Shown here piece by piece: positions 1-10,404 of a stretch of DNA of 64,000 nt (positions are counted from its first letter, which is position 1; each line of letters starts with the position of its first letter). The notes below the pieces were generated by a model. It was not told where the DNA came from. It was given only the letters and a program-made list of their open reading frames with translations, and did no database searches. The stretch spans positions 88,949 through 152,948 of the forward strand of contig CALKER010000017.1 in assembly GCA_938084835.1 (NCBI GenBank), given 5' to 3'. The stretch is from an uncultured Thermoguttaceae bacterium. GTDB lineage: Bacteria; Planctomycetota; Planctomycetia; Pirellulales; Thermoguttaceae. Position numbers and translations under genes: made by a program.

Positions 1-455
1 GCCGCGTGAGGTTTGGCCCTTGCAAAAATTGCGGGACGTTCTTCGACTATGCTTTATTTCTTAGGGAATAACCTCCGCCAGCGATCAGATCATTGTGGCC
101 GCCCCTGGCCCTGTGCCAAAGGACCGCACTGTTGACTTCCTTAATCACGTTGATAGCGAGAAGTTTACCTTATGACACACCGTTCTCCACAAGGCTGTTC
201 CTCAACGCCGATCGGCCGCCAAAATGTGAGGGCCCAAACAAGGCAAGTTCCTGGCCGGAAGGCACCCAGGTTCTAATCCGGGATATCCTGGAAGGTCATA
301 CCTTTAGATCGACCTAAGTGTAAGCCACTTTACTGGCAGCCAGTTAGTGAGTAATGTAAAGCCGGGAGAGATCGGTTTAGTCGAGATCCCTCATGGGCCC
401 GAGCCCGTGATGCCGGGCCGCCGGAGGAACAATTCAGCAAACGGAGGGAGACGGA

Positions 456-2024
456 ATGAAAGGACACACCGCGCCCCAGGACTGTAATAGCTCCCAAGGT
501 TCGTCCCCGGCAGGCGGACTTTGGGTCACCCTCGCTTTGTTCGGCGTGATAACCGCAAGTAACTGGGGGTTTCCCCACGTTATTGAGGGTGCTTCAAAAA
601 AGTTTAACGTGCTGATGATTTGCGTTGACGACCTTCGCCCGGAGCTTGGCTGTTACGGCGTCTCTACGATCAAGACGCCACATATTGACCGCCTTGCAGC
701 AAGCGGCTTCACTTTTCTGCGAGCCTATTGTCAACAGGCGGTCTGTAACCCCTCGCGGGTATCGCTACTTTTCGGACTTCGCCCGGATACGACAAGGATC
801 TATGACCTTCAGACCCACCCGCGAAAGACTTTGGGCGATCGTGTCAGCCTTCCTCAGCATTTTAAAAGCCACGGCTATACAACCATGGCTTTAGGCAAGG
901 TTTACCATGGGGGTTTAGACGATCCGCTCAGTTGGTCGGTTCCTCATTGGTCGCCCCCTGGGCCGGGGTACGCCAAGCCAGAGACTCTCGCGCGGGTAGC
1001 CGAAGAGGCCGCCCGGTTACGAAAAGAACAGGGACCGGCGGTTGAAGTTCTGGAACGCGACCCGAAGACTGGGGTACCGCTTCGCGTTACTCCGCCCCGC
1101 TATCGCGTTCGTGGACCTGCGTGGGAGGACCCCGATGTTCCCGAGGAAGCACTGCCCGACGGAAAAACAACTCAGGAGGCAATTAGCCGAATGGAAAAAT
1201 ATCGCAATCAAGCATTCTTCCTCGCTGTGGGCTATCTCAAACCACATCTGCCCTTTGTGGCTCCCAAGCGTTACTTCGACTTATACGATCGGAATCAGGT
1301 ACCGTTGGCTCCTTGGCCTCATCCACCGCGGGATTGCCCAGAGATTGCCCTTCACAACTGGGGTGAGCTTCGGGCTTATGAGGATATCACAGGCACAGGC
1401 CCCCTGCCGGAAGATATGGCCCGCCAACTTGTATGGGCCTACTACGCAGCCACAACCTACATCGATGCCCAAGTAGGAAAACTGCTCGATGCCTTAGATC
1501 GACTGGCACTGACGGACAAAACCATTGTGGTCTTGTGGGGGGATCATGGGTGGCATTTGGGGGATAACGGCCTGTGGTGCAAACACTCCAACTTCGAGCG
1601 TGCCACCCGATCGCCCCTCATATTCCGCGTTCCCGGCGCCGCAAAGGCTGGAGCAAAAGTGGATGCCTTGGTGGAGTTTGTGGACATCTACCCCACTCTT
1701 TGCCAGCTGTGTGATTTGCCCATACCCGAGGGTTTGGAAGGCCTCAGCCTTGTGCCCCTCATGGAGCAACCCCAGCAACCGTGGAAAAAGGCTGCCTTCA
1801 GCCAATATCCTCGCGGAAAGGTCATGGGTTACTCCATGAGAACTGACCGGTATCGATACACGGAATGGCAATCCCCAGATGGCACCGTGGTGGCCCGCGA
1901 ACTGTACGACCACCAATCTGACCCGTGGGAAAGTCAAAACCTCGTCAATCGGCCAGAAGTTCGTCAACTTGTAGAAAAGCTCAGCCAACAGTTGCGCGCC
2001 GGGTGGCAGTCTGCTTTACCGTAG
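456..2024 (+). CDS. Sulfatase (arylsulfatase / iduronate-2-sulfatase family), secreted
   Basis: 522-aa ORF with N-terminal hydrophobic signal. It carries the sulfatase signature CNPSR (C-x-P-x-R, formylglycine site) in ...QQAVCNPSRVSLLFGLRP..., metal-binding CVDDLRPELGCYG near the N-terminus and GDHGWHLG later. GGAGGGAG Shine-Dalgarno lies upstream of the ATG. Confidence 0.9.
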   Translation: MKGHTAPQDCNSSQGSSPAGGLWVTLALFGVITASNWGFPHVIEGASKKFNVLMICVDDLRPELGCYGVSTIKTPHIDRLAASGFTFLRAYCQQAVCNPSRVSLLFGLRPDTTRIYDLQTHPRKTLGDRVSLPQHFKSHGYTTMALGKVYHGGLDDPLSWSVPHWSPPGPGYAKPETLARVAEEAARLRKEQGPAVEVLERDPKTGVPLRVTPPRYRVRGPAWEDPDVPEEALPDGKTTQEAISRMEKYRNQAFFLAVGYLKPHLPFVAPKRYFDLYDRNQVPLAPWPHPPRDCPEIALHNWGELRAYEDITGTGPLPEDMARQLVWAYYAATTYIDAQVGKLLDALDRLALTDKTIVVLWGDHGWHLGDNGLWCKHSNFERATRSPLIFRVPGAAKAGAKVDALVEFVDIYPTLCQLCDLPIPEGLEGLSLVPLMEQPQQPWKKAAFSQYPRGKVMGYSMRTDRYRYTEWQSPDGTVVARELYDHQSDPWESQNLVNRPEVRQLVEKLSQQLRAGWQSALP

Positions 2025-2352
2025 GCGGTAGCCGCAGCCTCGAGTGGAGTACCCCGGAGTCACCTTGCCTTTTGCCGGGCCTGCATTCCCCCGGTCATAG
2101 GGGCACCGCGTGTATCCCTCTACAAGCCGGTACGCATGCAGACTGAGCTGTTTGATTAGCAAACCCCGGTCACTTCGCACCAACAACCCACGAAACAGCA
2201 CAAGCTCTGGTCACTTGGCAGTTTACACCCAAGCATCTTTGAGAATCAGCCTAGGGCCGCAAGCCGTCCTACAAACAAACCCGACAATCCCGTGCGCCCA
2301 CCTTGTACCAGGTGCTGGCATCCGCTATTCACCTTGGGCGGCACGGGAGTCT

Positions 2353-3528
2353 TCAACGTTCCTCTTCTGCCACCACCAATCGAGCAACCCCTAGCTGCCA
2401 CGGGATCTCACCGTAGGGCTTGCCTACCATCTCCTCATCACTTGCACCCTGAAAGATCATAATCAAATGGCTAGGATCCACATCCATAAATTCGTCTACA
2501 TCGGTGCGGAGTAATTCCCCGTGACTAAATGACTGACACCACGGCAGTCCACGGAAACGCACATTGTGCAGGTTGAGGAAAGGTTTTTCCCAGCGATCGG
2601 CCAGGGGCCGCCACTCTCCGTCAAGCCGGTCGGCCAGGTAAGCCTTGTAGTAGCGGCGAGAGCCGTGTTGCGCCTCGACGATGGCCAGATACCTGCCTGT
2701 ACCTTTAAGACGGTAGATATGGCCAGCCTCAAAAATGTCCGCTTCAAGGACCACCACAGGGTCAGACCAACCCTGGGGGAAATTTTTTCTTGATGTTTCC
2801 GCCCGCCACATGCGTCCGTCCAAAGAGGTAAAAAACAAGTGAGCTTTTCGCTCATCGCAAATAACCCAGAAATCGATCCACCGTTCCACGCGAGCCGGCC
2901 CCGTAGGATAGAGGAGCTGAGGCCGCGTCCATCCCTCAGGATCGCTTACCCGCGTGTTCGTGGAAAATGCAGGTTGGAGCACCGGTTTTCGCTGAGGATC
3001 ACTCGTCTGGTAAATCAAATACCATTTGTTATGAGGACGGTAAAAGAAGACTTGCGGAGCGCAATAATAACCGTCGGTGATCCCTAGGAGGACTCGGGAC
3101 TTCGGAGCATCATCCCACCGCACTAAACGAACATATTCCACCTGATGAGTGCGCGGCGATCCTCGTACCGTGCAGAACAAGTGCCAAGAGTTTCCAAACC
3201 AAACCACAGATGGATCTTTAACGGAGAAAAAAACCTGATTACTTTCCGGAATACGAGCCGACAGAATCGGTGGGGAAACCTCCCAGCGGAATTGACCCGT
3301 CTGGAAAACTAAAGGAAGCTCCTCCCCGGGTGCCGTTAGTCCTCCTACCCCGAGCAAGATCAAAATCGCCAAGAAAACCGCCGTACCTACTCCTCCCGAC
3401 GAACCCCAAATCCGCAGAGAGGCTTCGCCGAGGCCCAACCTTGCCGCCCGATGTGAACCCTCAGGGTACCAGAAATTCCCAAGGGGCTTACGAAGAGCCT
3501 GAGTGCGCAGAAAGATCTGGCCCGCCAT
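2353..3528 (-). CDS. Glycoside hydrolase, GH43-like five-bladed beta-propeller (secreted)
   Basis: 391-aa ORF. Hydrophobic signal segment TAVFLAILILLGVGG, DPSVVW motif typical of the GH43/GH32/GH117 fold, aromatic-rich propeller blades (YYCAPQVFFYRPHNKWYLIYQ). The start codon is uncertain and may be non-ATG; exact family assignment is inference. Confidence 0.55.
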   Translation of the reverse strand: MAGQIFLRTQALRKPLGNFWYPEGSHRAARLGLGEASLRIWGSSGGVGTAVFLAILILLGVGGLTAPGEELPLVFQTGQFRWEVSPPILSARIPESNQVFFSVKDPSVVWFGNSWHLFCTVRGSPRTHQVEYVRLVRWDDAPKSRVLLGITDGYYCAPQVFFYRPHNKWYLIYQTSDPQRKPVLQPAFSTNTRVSDPEGWTRPQLLYPTGPARVERWIDFWVICDERKAHLFFTSLDGRMWRAETSRKNFPQGWSDPVVVLEADIFEAGHIYRLKGTGRYLAIVEAQHGSRRYYKAYLADRLDGEWRPLADRWEKPFLNLHNVRFRGLPWCQSFSHGELLRTDVDEFMDVDPSHLIMIFQGASDEEMVGKPYGEIPWQLGVARLVVAEEER

Positions 3529-3677
3529 AAGAATCGCTCCGCAAAAAATCGATGCTTCCGGGTATCGGTACCGCTTAACTTGGCCGCCGGGACAGCAGAA
3601 GTCCGAGAGACATCCCTACAGCGATCTAAATAGCGGGTTGCTAGCCGGGGACGAAAAAACCAGCGGGGGCGGCGGAA

Positions 3678-4211
3678 TTACCTGGCCTCACCCCATGCTT
3701 TTGCAATTTCTGCCAGGAGCCATGGCGAGTTCTTTAAGCTACTTCGCAGGACAAATTGCCGCCTCGTTTCCCCGGTGATGTGGATGATAATTGCCAACCG
3801 TTGAGAGGGAAGTGCCGACGTTACGCGATCGGCCCACTCGATGAACACCAGCCCGGGACCCTCAAAGTACTCCTCAACACCTAATTCGAGGAACTCTCGA
3901 ATACTTCCCACGCGATAAGCATCAATGTGCGTTATTGTTCGCCGGCCAAAATATTGCTGAACCAAAACGAAGGTCGGGCTGACCACTAGGTGGTTGTGAC
4001 ATCCCGCGGCAGCAGCAACGGCTTGTACCAATCGTGTCTTCCCCGAACCAAGCGTCCCCTCCAATCCCACAATGGTCCCTTCCGGGAGGAGAGTCGCCAA
4101 AATTCCCCCAAGCCGAGCCGTATCCCGCTCCCCGAATGCCTCGAGGCAAAGCTCACTTTCGTTCGGATGCAAAGTGGGGGCGGATGGACCCTTCGAATCC
4201 ATATTCCTCAC
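3678..4211 (-). CDS. tsaE: tRNA threonylcarbamoyladenosine biosynthesis ATPase TsaE (YjeE)
   Basis: 177-aa protein with P-loop GLEGTLGSGKTRLVQAVA followed by SPTFVLVQQY, the characteristic TsaE/YjeE motif pair. Confidence 0.8.
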   Translation of the reverse strand: MRNMDSKGPSAPTLHPNESELCLEAFGERDTARLGGILATLLPEGTIVGLEGTLGSGKTRLVQAVAAAAGCHNHLVVSPTFVLVQQYFGRRTITHIDAYRVGSIREFLELGVEEYFEGPGLVFIEWADRVTSALPSQRLAIIIHITGETRRQFVLRSSLKNSPWLLAEIAKAWGEAR

Positions 4212-5178
4212 CGTTCTCGAAACTTGTTCGCTTCTACTTACCGAAGGCTACAGTCTCAGACCGGGTCTGCCTGGTTCTGGTTTGCGAAAACCCTTACAAG
4301 ATCCCCAACGTAAGTCCGGTAACTTTCCTCCCGCTAGAAAGGGCCAGCTTTTGGGGCTCCGCCTGCGGCAATGTCCAGCAGACCTTTTTTGCCTGAAATA
4401 CAGGGGAACCCGATCGAGGAAACTTCATGGGTTCCGCAAAGCTTCGTAACACGCCCCCTCGGGGCACTTGAGATGCGTACACCCTCGCAACCCGACAATC
4501 AACCAAACAAGTAAGACGAAGAATTGTTTACTTCCTTGATGCCCGAATTAAATATTGTGAGCTCCCAGGAGCGGTTTCCGAAAAAAACGCCGTATTTCCA
4601 GCCTCATTATGCCGCTCCCGCCTACGCTTGCAACCGATTCCATGGTCTTTTAGAATCAACCTGTTTTCACTGCAACGGCGCGCCGTTTTTCGTGCGAGAT
4701 CGTGTTCGTGACAAGTTTTTAGCAGTTGACTACCGGCACTATATTCAGCAACTAACTAATGCTACTAAACTTCGGCGATTCGATTTGGCAAACAGTTTAA
4801 CGGGTTAGATTGCCCGGTCATAAGCTTTCGCTCAGTCATAAACGATTGTGGAAAATTTTCAGCGGCCAGTCCGCGGCAAGGACATTTTCTTTAAGGCGAA
4901 AAGCTGAATTCGGGCAGGCGGCGAACTTGAAGAGACCCCACGCAGTTTCCTTACTCGGGCCTGGCTTACGCGTTTCCGTTACTAGTTTGCGCCATTTTAT
5001 GAATAAGATACCGAACCTCGACAAACTTGGCCAATTGAGGGTCGAACTTGACGCGGGTGATTCACGAATTTCTACAAAAAGCAATAACCGGCAGCAGAAA
5101 ATGTGAGAACCTGGCGCGGGTGGCCTGCCGGCGGAGAGGTGGTTGCAAGTCCGTTAACTGCAACCAAGGCCGTTAAGG

Positions 5179-5427
5179 TTGAATTTTTTGCCGAAAATCG
5201 AGGAGACGCAAAACGGGAGTAAATTGACCGTGGGACGGTTGCGTGAGCGAACGAAGCTTGTGTTAGCGCGGAAAATGCGACGATGCTCCCGCTGTGGAGC
5301 AAAATTGGGCAAGCACGACAAAAGGTGCAAACGATGTCATGTTGTCCAAGCCTTGCCCCGACCTAAGCCCCGGCGGGATGCTTACCGACGCCGAAAAATG
5401 AAGCGACTGAAGGCACTCTCTAAGTAA
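5179..5427 (+). CDS. Small, very basic zinc-ribbon protein (hypothetical)
   Basis: 82-aa ORF with C-x2-C-x10-C-x2-C (CSRCGAKLGKHDKRCKRCH) followed by a K/R-rich tail. No family recognised; it may not be expressed. Confidence 0.25.
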   Translation: MNFLPKIEETQNGSKLTVGRLRERTKLVLARKMRRCSRCGAKLGKHDKRCKRCHVVQALPRPKPRRDAYRRRKMKRLKALSK

Positions 5428-5834
5428 AACCGAGAAATACCCATCAATCGATAAGTTGGTGGCGCAAGGCGAAGATTCGCCGCAAAAGCTGCCAGGGCTG
5501 GACGCTGTGCGAAAATTTTCCTCGGCTCGAGCGCGCCAGAGATTCCTCTGTTACTTCCAAAACTTTGCGGACGTAAGGTGTTTACGTGCTCCAAAAAGTC
5601 AGCAAGAGGCCAAGGCCCTCAGATGCTCTCTCGTGAGCTGCAGGAACTTTTGGGGCTCTGACAGTTCAAATCTAGCAGGGCAGTCCTCGCGTAAGACCGA
5701 GCCCGTTGAAGCTTGCCGACCCAATGCAAGACGCGGGAGTCCCGGCGTGTGAAGCTCTGAGATATTTTCGGGCCCTTATTTGGCCGCTGATCCATTCACA
5801 ATGCGCCTACGTATCTTGCATCTTGGTCCGCCCT

Positions 5835-6785
5835 CTAACGGGCACATAGTTCCTTCATTTGCTCGACCAATTTTCGAACTGCCGAGATACTCCGGGCCAT
5901 GGCCGCCCGCTCCTTCGGAGTAAGATCAATTTCGATGATTCGTTCCACTCCCTTGGCCCCGAGGACGACAGGCACACCAATAAACAGACCACCAACCCCG
6001 TATTCTTGCCGGCAGAAGGCCGAAACGGGCAAAACCCGTTTTTGATCCCGAAGAATGGCCTCAACCATTTCCGCAGTCGCCGCGGCAGGAGCGTAGTAGG
6101 CACCACCAGTTTTCAACAAGTTAACAATCTCTGCTCCTCCATTTCGGGTCCGCTCCACAATTTCTTCCAGCCGTCCCGGCGGGATGAGCTGAGTAACCGG
6201 TATTCCGCCCACCACGGTGCAGCTCACCACTGGGACCATTGTGTCGCCATGTCCCCCCAAAAGCATGGCAGACACGTCCCGAACGCTTATCCCAAGTTCC
6301 ATGGCAATAAATGTTCGAAATCGCGCGGTGTCCAGAATGCCCGCTTGGCCCATCACCCGATGATGCGGAAAGCCCGTTACCTCCCACACACGGTAAACCA
6401 TAGCGTCAAGAGGGTTGCTTACCACGATGACAACCGCCTCAGGTGACGTAACCCGGATTTTTTCCGCAATGCCAGTCACGATTTGCACGTTAGCGGACAG
6501 AAGATCCTCCCGACTCATCCCGGGCTTTCGCGGAAAGCCCGCCGTAATGACCACAACATCACTGCCTTCGGTATCCTGATAAGAGGCGGTGGCGAAGATT
6601 TTGGAATCAAACCCAATGACGGGTGAAGCCTGAAGTAAATCCAGGGCCTTCCCCCGAGCCACGCCTTCAAGCTCTGGGATATCCACAAGCACCACGTCGC
6701 CGAGATCGCGCGCGGCACACCAGACTGCCGTTGTGGCCCCGACATTGCCCGCACCTACAATGGTAATTTTTGCACGCCTAGGCAT
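5835..6785 (-). CDS. mdh: Malate dehydrogenase (LDH-like NAD-dependent)
   Basis: Rossmann motif KITIVGAGNVGATTA directly after the start MPRRAK. The substrate-specificity arginine in AGFPRKPGMSRED indicates MDH rather than LDH (which has Q). The start was moved to the ATG at 6783-6785, because the ORF-track N-terminal extension lacks homology. Confidence 0.92.
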   Translation of the reverse strand: MPRRAKITIVGAGNVGATTAVWCAARDLGDVVLVDIPELEGVARGKALDLLQASPVIGFDSKIFATASYQDTEGSDVVVITAGFPRKPGMSREDLLSANVQIVTGIAEKIRVTSPEAVVIVVSNPLDAMVYRVWEVTGFPHHRVMGQAGILDTARFRTFIAMELGISVRDVSAMLLGGHGDTMVPVVSCTVVGGIPVTQLIPPGRLEEIVERTRNGGAEIVNLLKTGGAYYAPAAATAEMVEAILRDQKRVLPVSAFCRQEYGVGGLFIGVPVVLGAKGVERIIEIDLTPKERAAMARSISAVRKLVEQMKELCAR

Positions 6786-7644
6786 GATCAAAACAACTCC
6801 TTCGCGAATCAACCAGTTTATTTTCGAAAGACCACCGACTCCCAACTTTGCAACCAGCAACAAGCAGAATTTCTGCATCCTGTTAACGTGATTATGACCC
6901 GGCCCTCTTCCAGCCCTGGACCGCAGAAAACTCCTGAAGAGTTTCTCCACGCTCGCTGAGGCTGAAGATAAACTTAAATCGGCCGGACTATCGAACCAGT
7001 TACGGTAGTATCAAGGGATTCTCCGACTTGGTCAATAACGTTTGGTAATTTCCGCAAAAATGTCGACCGGCATGTGACCGCCACGGATGGCTCTGCCCCT
7101 CACGGCTAGGCCGATTTGCTTGAATAGGGGGAGCACAGCTCAGATTTTTCACCCGGTGGATAAGCCAACGACCTGTTCGGCGGTGTGTTTTTTAATGTGA
7201 TAAGGGAGTCAGGCCCAGAGAAATCCCCGGGGAAAAATTTTAAAAAGGTAGCCTCGGAAATCTGGTCTCAAAGATACTTGAGACAGCATCTTGCCCTAGG
7301 AGTATTCTGCCTGCGAGGTTTCGCTGAAACAAAGCCAGCATTTCTTGGGCGTTTTACACTGCAAAAGGAGGAGTTGGTGGCCGAGCCGAAAGTCGCGGAA
7401 ATTGCGGAGGTTATCGCGCCGCAAGACCTCCGCAGATCCTGGGGCTAAATGCCCTTTTATGTGCTTAGGTTTATGGGGGAAGCCCGCACCCGCCGTGACA
7501 AGACTGAAGACTAGGAGTTGCTTCAGTCCCGGCGGGCTGTCCGAAAAAGTAACGCAGAGGAAAACATGAATGGCAGGTGGCCTGCCCCCAAGTTGCCTCA
7601 GGAAGAGCTTGGAAAAGTCTCTGTGCAAAAGGTGAAAATCTCGG

Positions 7645-8853
7645 ATGCATTTCCTGCCGGCACCCACAGACACAAAGCTTTTTCTGGAAAGACTTCAGGA
7701 GGCCCTTTGTCAGCTAGGGTGGCAAGAAGCACGCACACTCGTCGCCGTGTCGGGTGGGGCTGATAGTGTAGCGCTTCTTCGTGCTCTGTGTCACCTCGGT
7801 TGGCATCGGCGAGGTGTCCTTGTGGCAGCCCACTTTAACCATCGGCTGCGGGGAGCAGAATCGGACGAGGATGAGCAATTCGTCCGCGAACTTTGCCACA
7901 GGTTAGAAGTCCCTGTAATCACTGGGCGCCCCCCTGGTGAAGGTTTGTCTGTTGAGTCCAAAGGGGGGATCGAACAATCCGCACGCCTGGCACGCTATCG
8001 CTTTCTTTTCCGAGTAGCCAAAGACGTAGGTGCCCGATATGTCTTCACGGCACACACCGCCGATGACCAGGTCGAGACTGTGCTTTTTCGTATCATACGC
8101 GGCAGCGGGCTTCGCGGGCTGGTCGGCATCCCCCCTTGCCGAAAGATTACCGCAGACATAGTTCTGATGCGCCCATTTCTCGCCTTTTGGCGCGACGAAA
8201 TCCGGGAATTCTTAGTCAAGCTTGACCAACAGTTTCGGAGGGATAGCTCTAATCTCGACTTGCGAATCACCCGCAATCGTGTAAGACATAAACTGATACC
8301 CCTCTTGGAGGAAAGTTACCACCCCGGGGTCCGGCGCTCAATTTTGAAACTAAGCGTGCTGGCAGGAGAAGTGACCGAGTTTTTGACGACAATCGTCGAA
8401 GCAGCCGAGAAAAAAGCAATCGCGATGGAGAATTTCGAACGTCTTGTAGTGAATGCGAACTATCTCGTGCGCTATCCAAATTTCCTGATTGGGGAAATTT
8501 TGCAAAGGATGTGGCAACGGCGCGGCTGGCCGTTGGGCGAAATGACGCGTCGGCACTGGGAAACATTGGTGGCTATGGCGCATCAAGCAGCCGCCGCAGG
8601 CTCCGCGGAGCCAAAAGAAAGCGAATCGTCGGCCCGGGACTCTCCCGCCGACGCGGCCCTTCCGGAGGGCGTTGCGGAGTGGAAAGCCGCGTCATGTACT
8701 CTCCCTGCTCTTGTTGCGCTTGCATTGGAGGCGCACCCAAGGATTCGGAGGTTATCCCGAATTCCGAGCCAATGGAAGTTTCCCGGAAACTTGGTCGCAC
8801 GTGCCAAACCCGGGTTACTGGAATTCAAACTCGAAGATAACTCGAACACTTGA
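7645..8853 (+). CDS. tilS: tRNA(Ile)-lysidine synthetase TilS
   Basis: PP-loop ATP pyrophosphatase motif VAVSGGADSVALL and the downstream HFNHRLRG motif typical of TilS. Length 402 aa with a C-terminal extension. Confidence 0.85.
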   Translation: MHFLPAPTDTKLFLERLQEALCQLGWQEARTLVAVSGGADSVALLRALCHLGWHRRGVLVAAHFNHRLRGAESDEDEQFVRELCHRLEVPVITGRPPGEGLSVESKGGIEQSARLARYRFLFRVAKDVGARYVFTAHTADDQVETVLFRIIRGSGLRGLVGIPPCRKITADIVLMRPFLAFWRDEIREFLVKLDQQFRRDSSNLDLRITRNRVRHKLIPLLEESYHPGVRRSILKLSVLAGEVTEFLTTIVEAAEKKAIAMENFERLVVNANYLVRYPNFLIGEILQRMWQRRGWPLGEMTRRHWETLVAMAHQAAAAGSAEPKESESSARDSPADAALPEGVAEWKAASCTLPALVALALEAHPRIRRLSRIPSQWKFPGNLVARAKPGLLEFKLEDNSNT

Positions 8854-9470
8854 TGCGAAAATTTCTTGTTTGAGAGCAATTTGAGACTGAAACCGAGGAC
8901 TCACTATCACACACAAAACCCACGCGCACACGAACCGGAAGTTATCCTCCATGCGCCAAGCCCAACCGTGCATGGGCAGATTACAAGGACACATGTACAA
9001 GTGATCACGGTTGAAATTGAGCTTAACCGCGCGTGCGCAGAATACGGAGATTGTATCTCTATTTTTCCGGAAGAGAGGCAAACGCGACGAATGGCGACCC
9101 GGGGAGCAAAAAAGTTGTTAAAGTCGGAAAATAGTGCGAGTGCATTCAGAACATTAATGGCGGATCTGCCGTTGATTTCGGCGGAATTTTCATCAAGTCA
9201 CCCGGCCTTTTCCTGATCGGGGGCATCCGAAGGGCTGGGTATAAGCTTAAGGCGCTGATTGGTTCGCGGTAATGGACCGCCCTGACGCCAAGTAATCCAC
9301 AATTCGTTACCTCTCTGGGTAAGTTCCGAGCAAACTGACGCCCCCGCAAGTCCTGCCGGGAATTTTGCCCACAACCAGCTAACACGGCTTCTTCGATCAA
9401 GGAACGCCCCGGTCTACCAGGAGGCACGAACTCGTCGAAGAGGCCAAGGCGCAAATGGACAAATGCGAAT

Positions 9471-10307
9471 ATGACCAAAGATGATTCGGGTTTCAAAGGC
9501 GGAAGTAGATATAGCAAGAGTGCCCCATGGATGCTGAAAAACCGTGGGCAGTTGAGATCGAGAACGAACTTCCCCCCAGCTCACTCCTCGGAGCCTTGGG
9601 TACGGGCACGGCGCCTGCTCCGCCCGATTCTAGCGATCTTTTTTGCAACTTTCGTTCTTGGAGCTCTCATGGCGCTCCTTGCGCTCTGGGCTCTTTATCG
9701 AGCGATGTCTTTCGTGCCGCAGTTTTACGCCGATCGGGTGGAGTGGAGTGAATCCCAACTGGATGAGGCCCATGAGGTATTTATCCAGCGGACATTCAAT
9801 ACCTTCAGCGAGCTTAAACGGAAGCGGGAATTAGAAGAGATCTTCACAGAGGAAGAATTAAACGGCTGGATAGCGATTCAAGGTCCCCGGCTGTGGCAAA
9901 GGGTGGCTACCATGCGCGTCAGTCGACCACGCCTTCAGCTAACTGATAAGGCAATCTGGATTGGCGCAGAGATCCACACAAATTGGTTGCGCGGCGTGCT
10001 TTGGGCAATTATAGAGCCGGCAGTCCGGGGGCCCAACGTTGTGGCCCTCAAATTCAGAGAGGTGCGACTTGGGCGTTTACCTCTTCCCACGACTCGGCTG
10101 TCGCAGCTTCTAGTGACCGGCTTCTTATCGGAGACCGCCGGTCACAGGGTGGCTGGCTTTTGGGAAACAGCCAACGGTCAGCCCGTGTTGGTGCTCCAAA
10201 TCGACGTGACACCCGATCCAAACTCCCCGGAGAGAGTTGAGGTAGAAGACCTGCGAATTGGCCCCAAAGCAATCGCGGTGAAACTTCGGCTCGTTGGCCC
10301 CGGATAG
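9471..10307 (+). CDS. Hypothetical membrane-anchored protein
   Basis: 278-aa ORF with one clear TM helix (ILAIFFATFVLGALMALLALWALY). No recognised domain. Confidence 0.5.
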   Translation: MTKDDSGFKGGSRYSKSAPWMLKNRGQLRSRTNFPPAHSSEPWVRARRLLRPILAIFFATFVLGALMALLALWALYRAMSFVPQFYADRVEWSESQLDEAHEVFIQRTFNTFSELKRKRELEEIFTEEELNGWIAIQGPRLWQRVATMRVSRPRLQLTDKAIWIGAEIHTNWLRGVLWAIIEPAVRGPNVVALKFREVRLGRLPLPTTRLSQLLVTGFLSETAGHRVAGFWETANGQPVLVLQIDVTPDPNSPERVEVEDLRIGPKAIAVKLRLVGPG

Positions 10308-10354
10308 ATCTCCCTTGTGAGGGCGAGATTGACCTGTCCCTTGTCAACCCGATC

Positions 10355-10404
10355 GAAATGGCGTTAGAACTCGTTCCCCGGTGGAAATGGGGTTAGAACT
10401 CGTT
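10355..10404. repeat. Two-copy tandem direct repeat, 21-nt core with 29-nt period
   Basis: GAAATGGCGTTAGAACTCGTT at 10355-10375 and GAAATGGGGTTAGAACTCGTT at 10384-10404, one mismatch, inside the 1.1 kb non-coding region upstream of leuS. Confidence 0.8.

Noticed and set aside
4524-5106. Plus-strand ORFs of 94 aa and 98 aa in the gap between tsaE and the zinc-ribbon ORF
   Set aside because: They have no motifs and unremarkable composition and are likely spurious, so I left the region as non-coding.
5859-6446. 195-aa plus-strand ORF antisense to mdh, and similar shadow ORFs (13489..14025 antisense to leuS, 31309..31854 overlapping the SPFH gene, 1042..1476 and 1494..1988 within the sulfatase)
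   Set aside because: They are embedded in well-supported genes, have low-complexity, R/P/G-rich translations characteristic of GC-rich non-coding frames, and show no recognisable domain.
10355-10404. Tandem repeats considered as a CRISPR array (also at 63503-63539 and 63148-63193)
   Set aside because: Each has only two copies, with directly abutting units rather than spacer-separated ones, and there is no nearby cas gene. They are simple tandem duplications.
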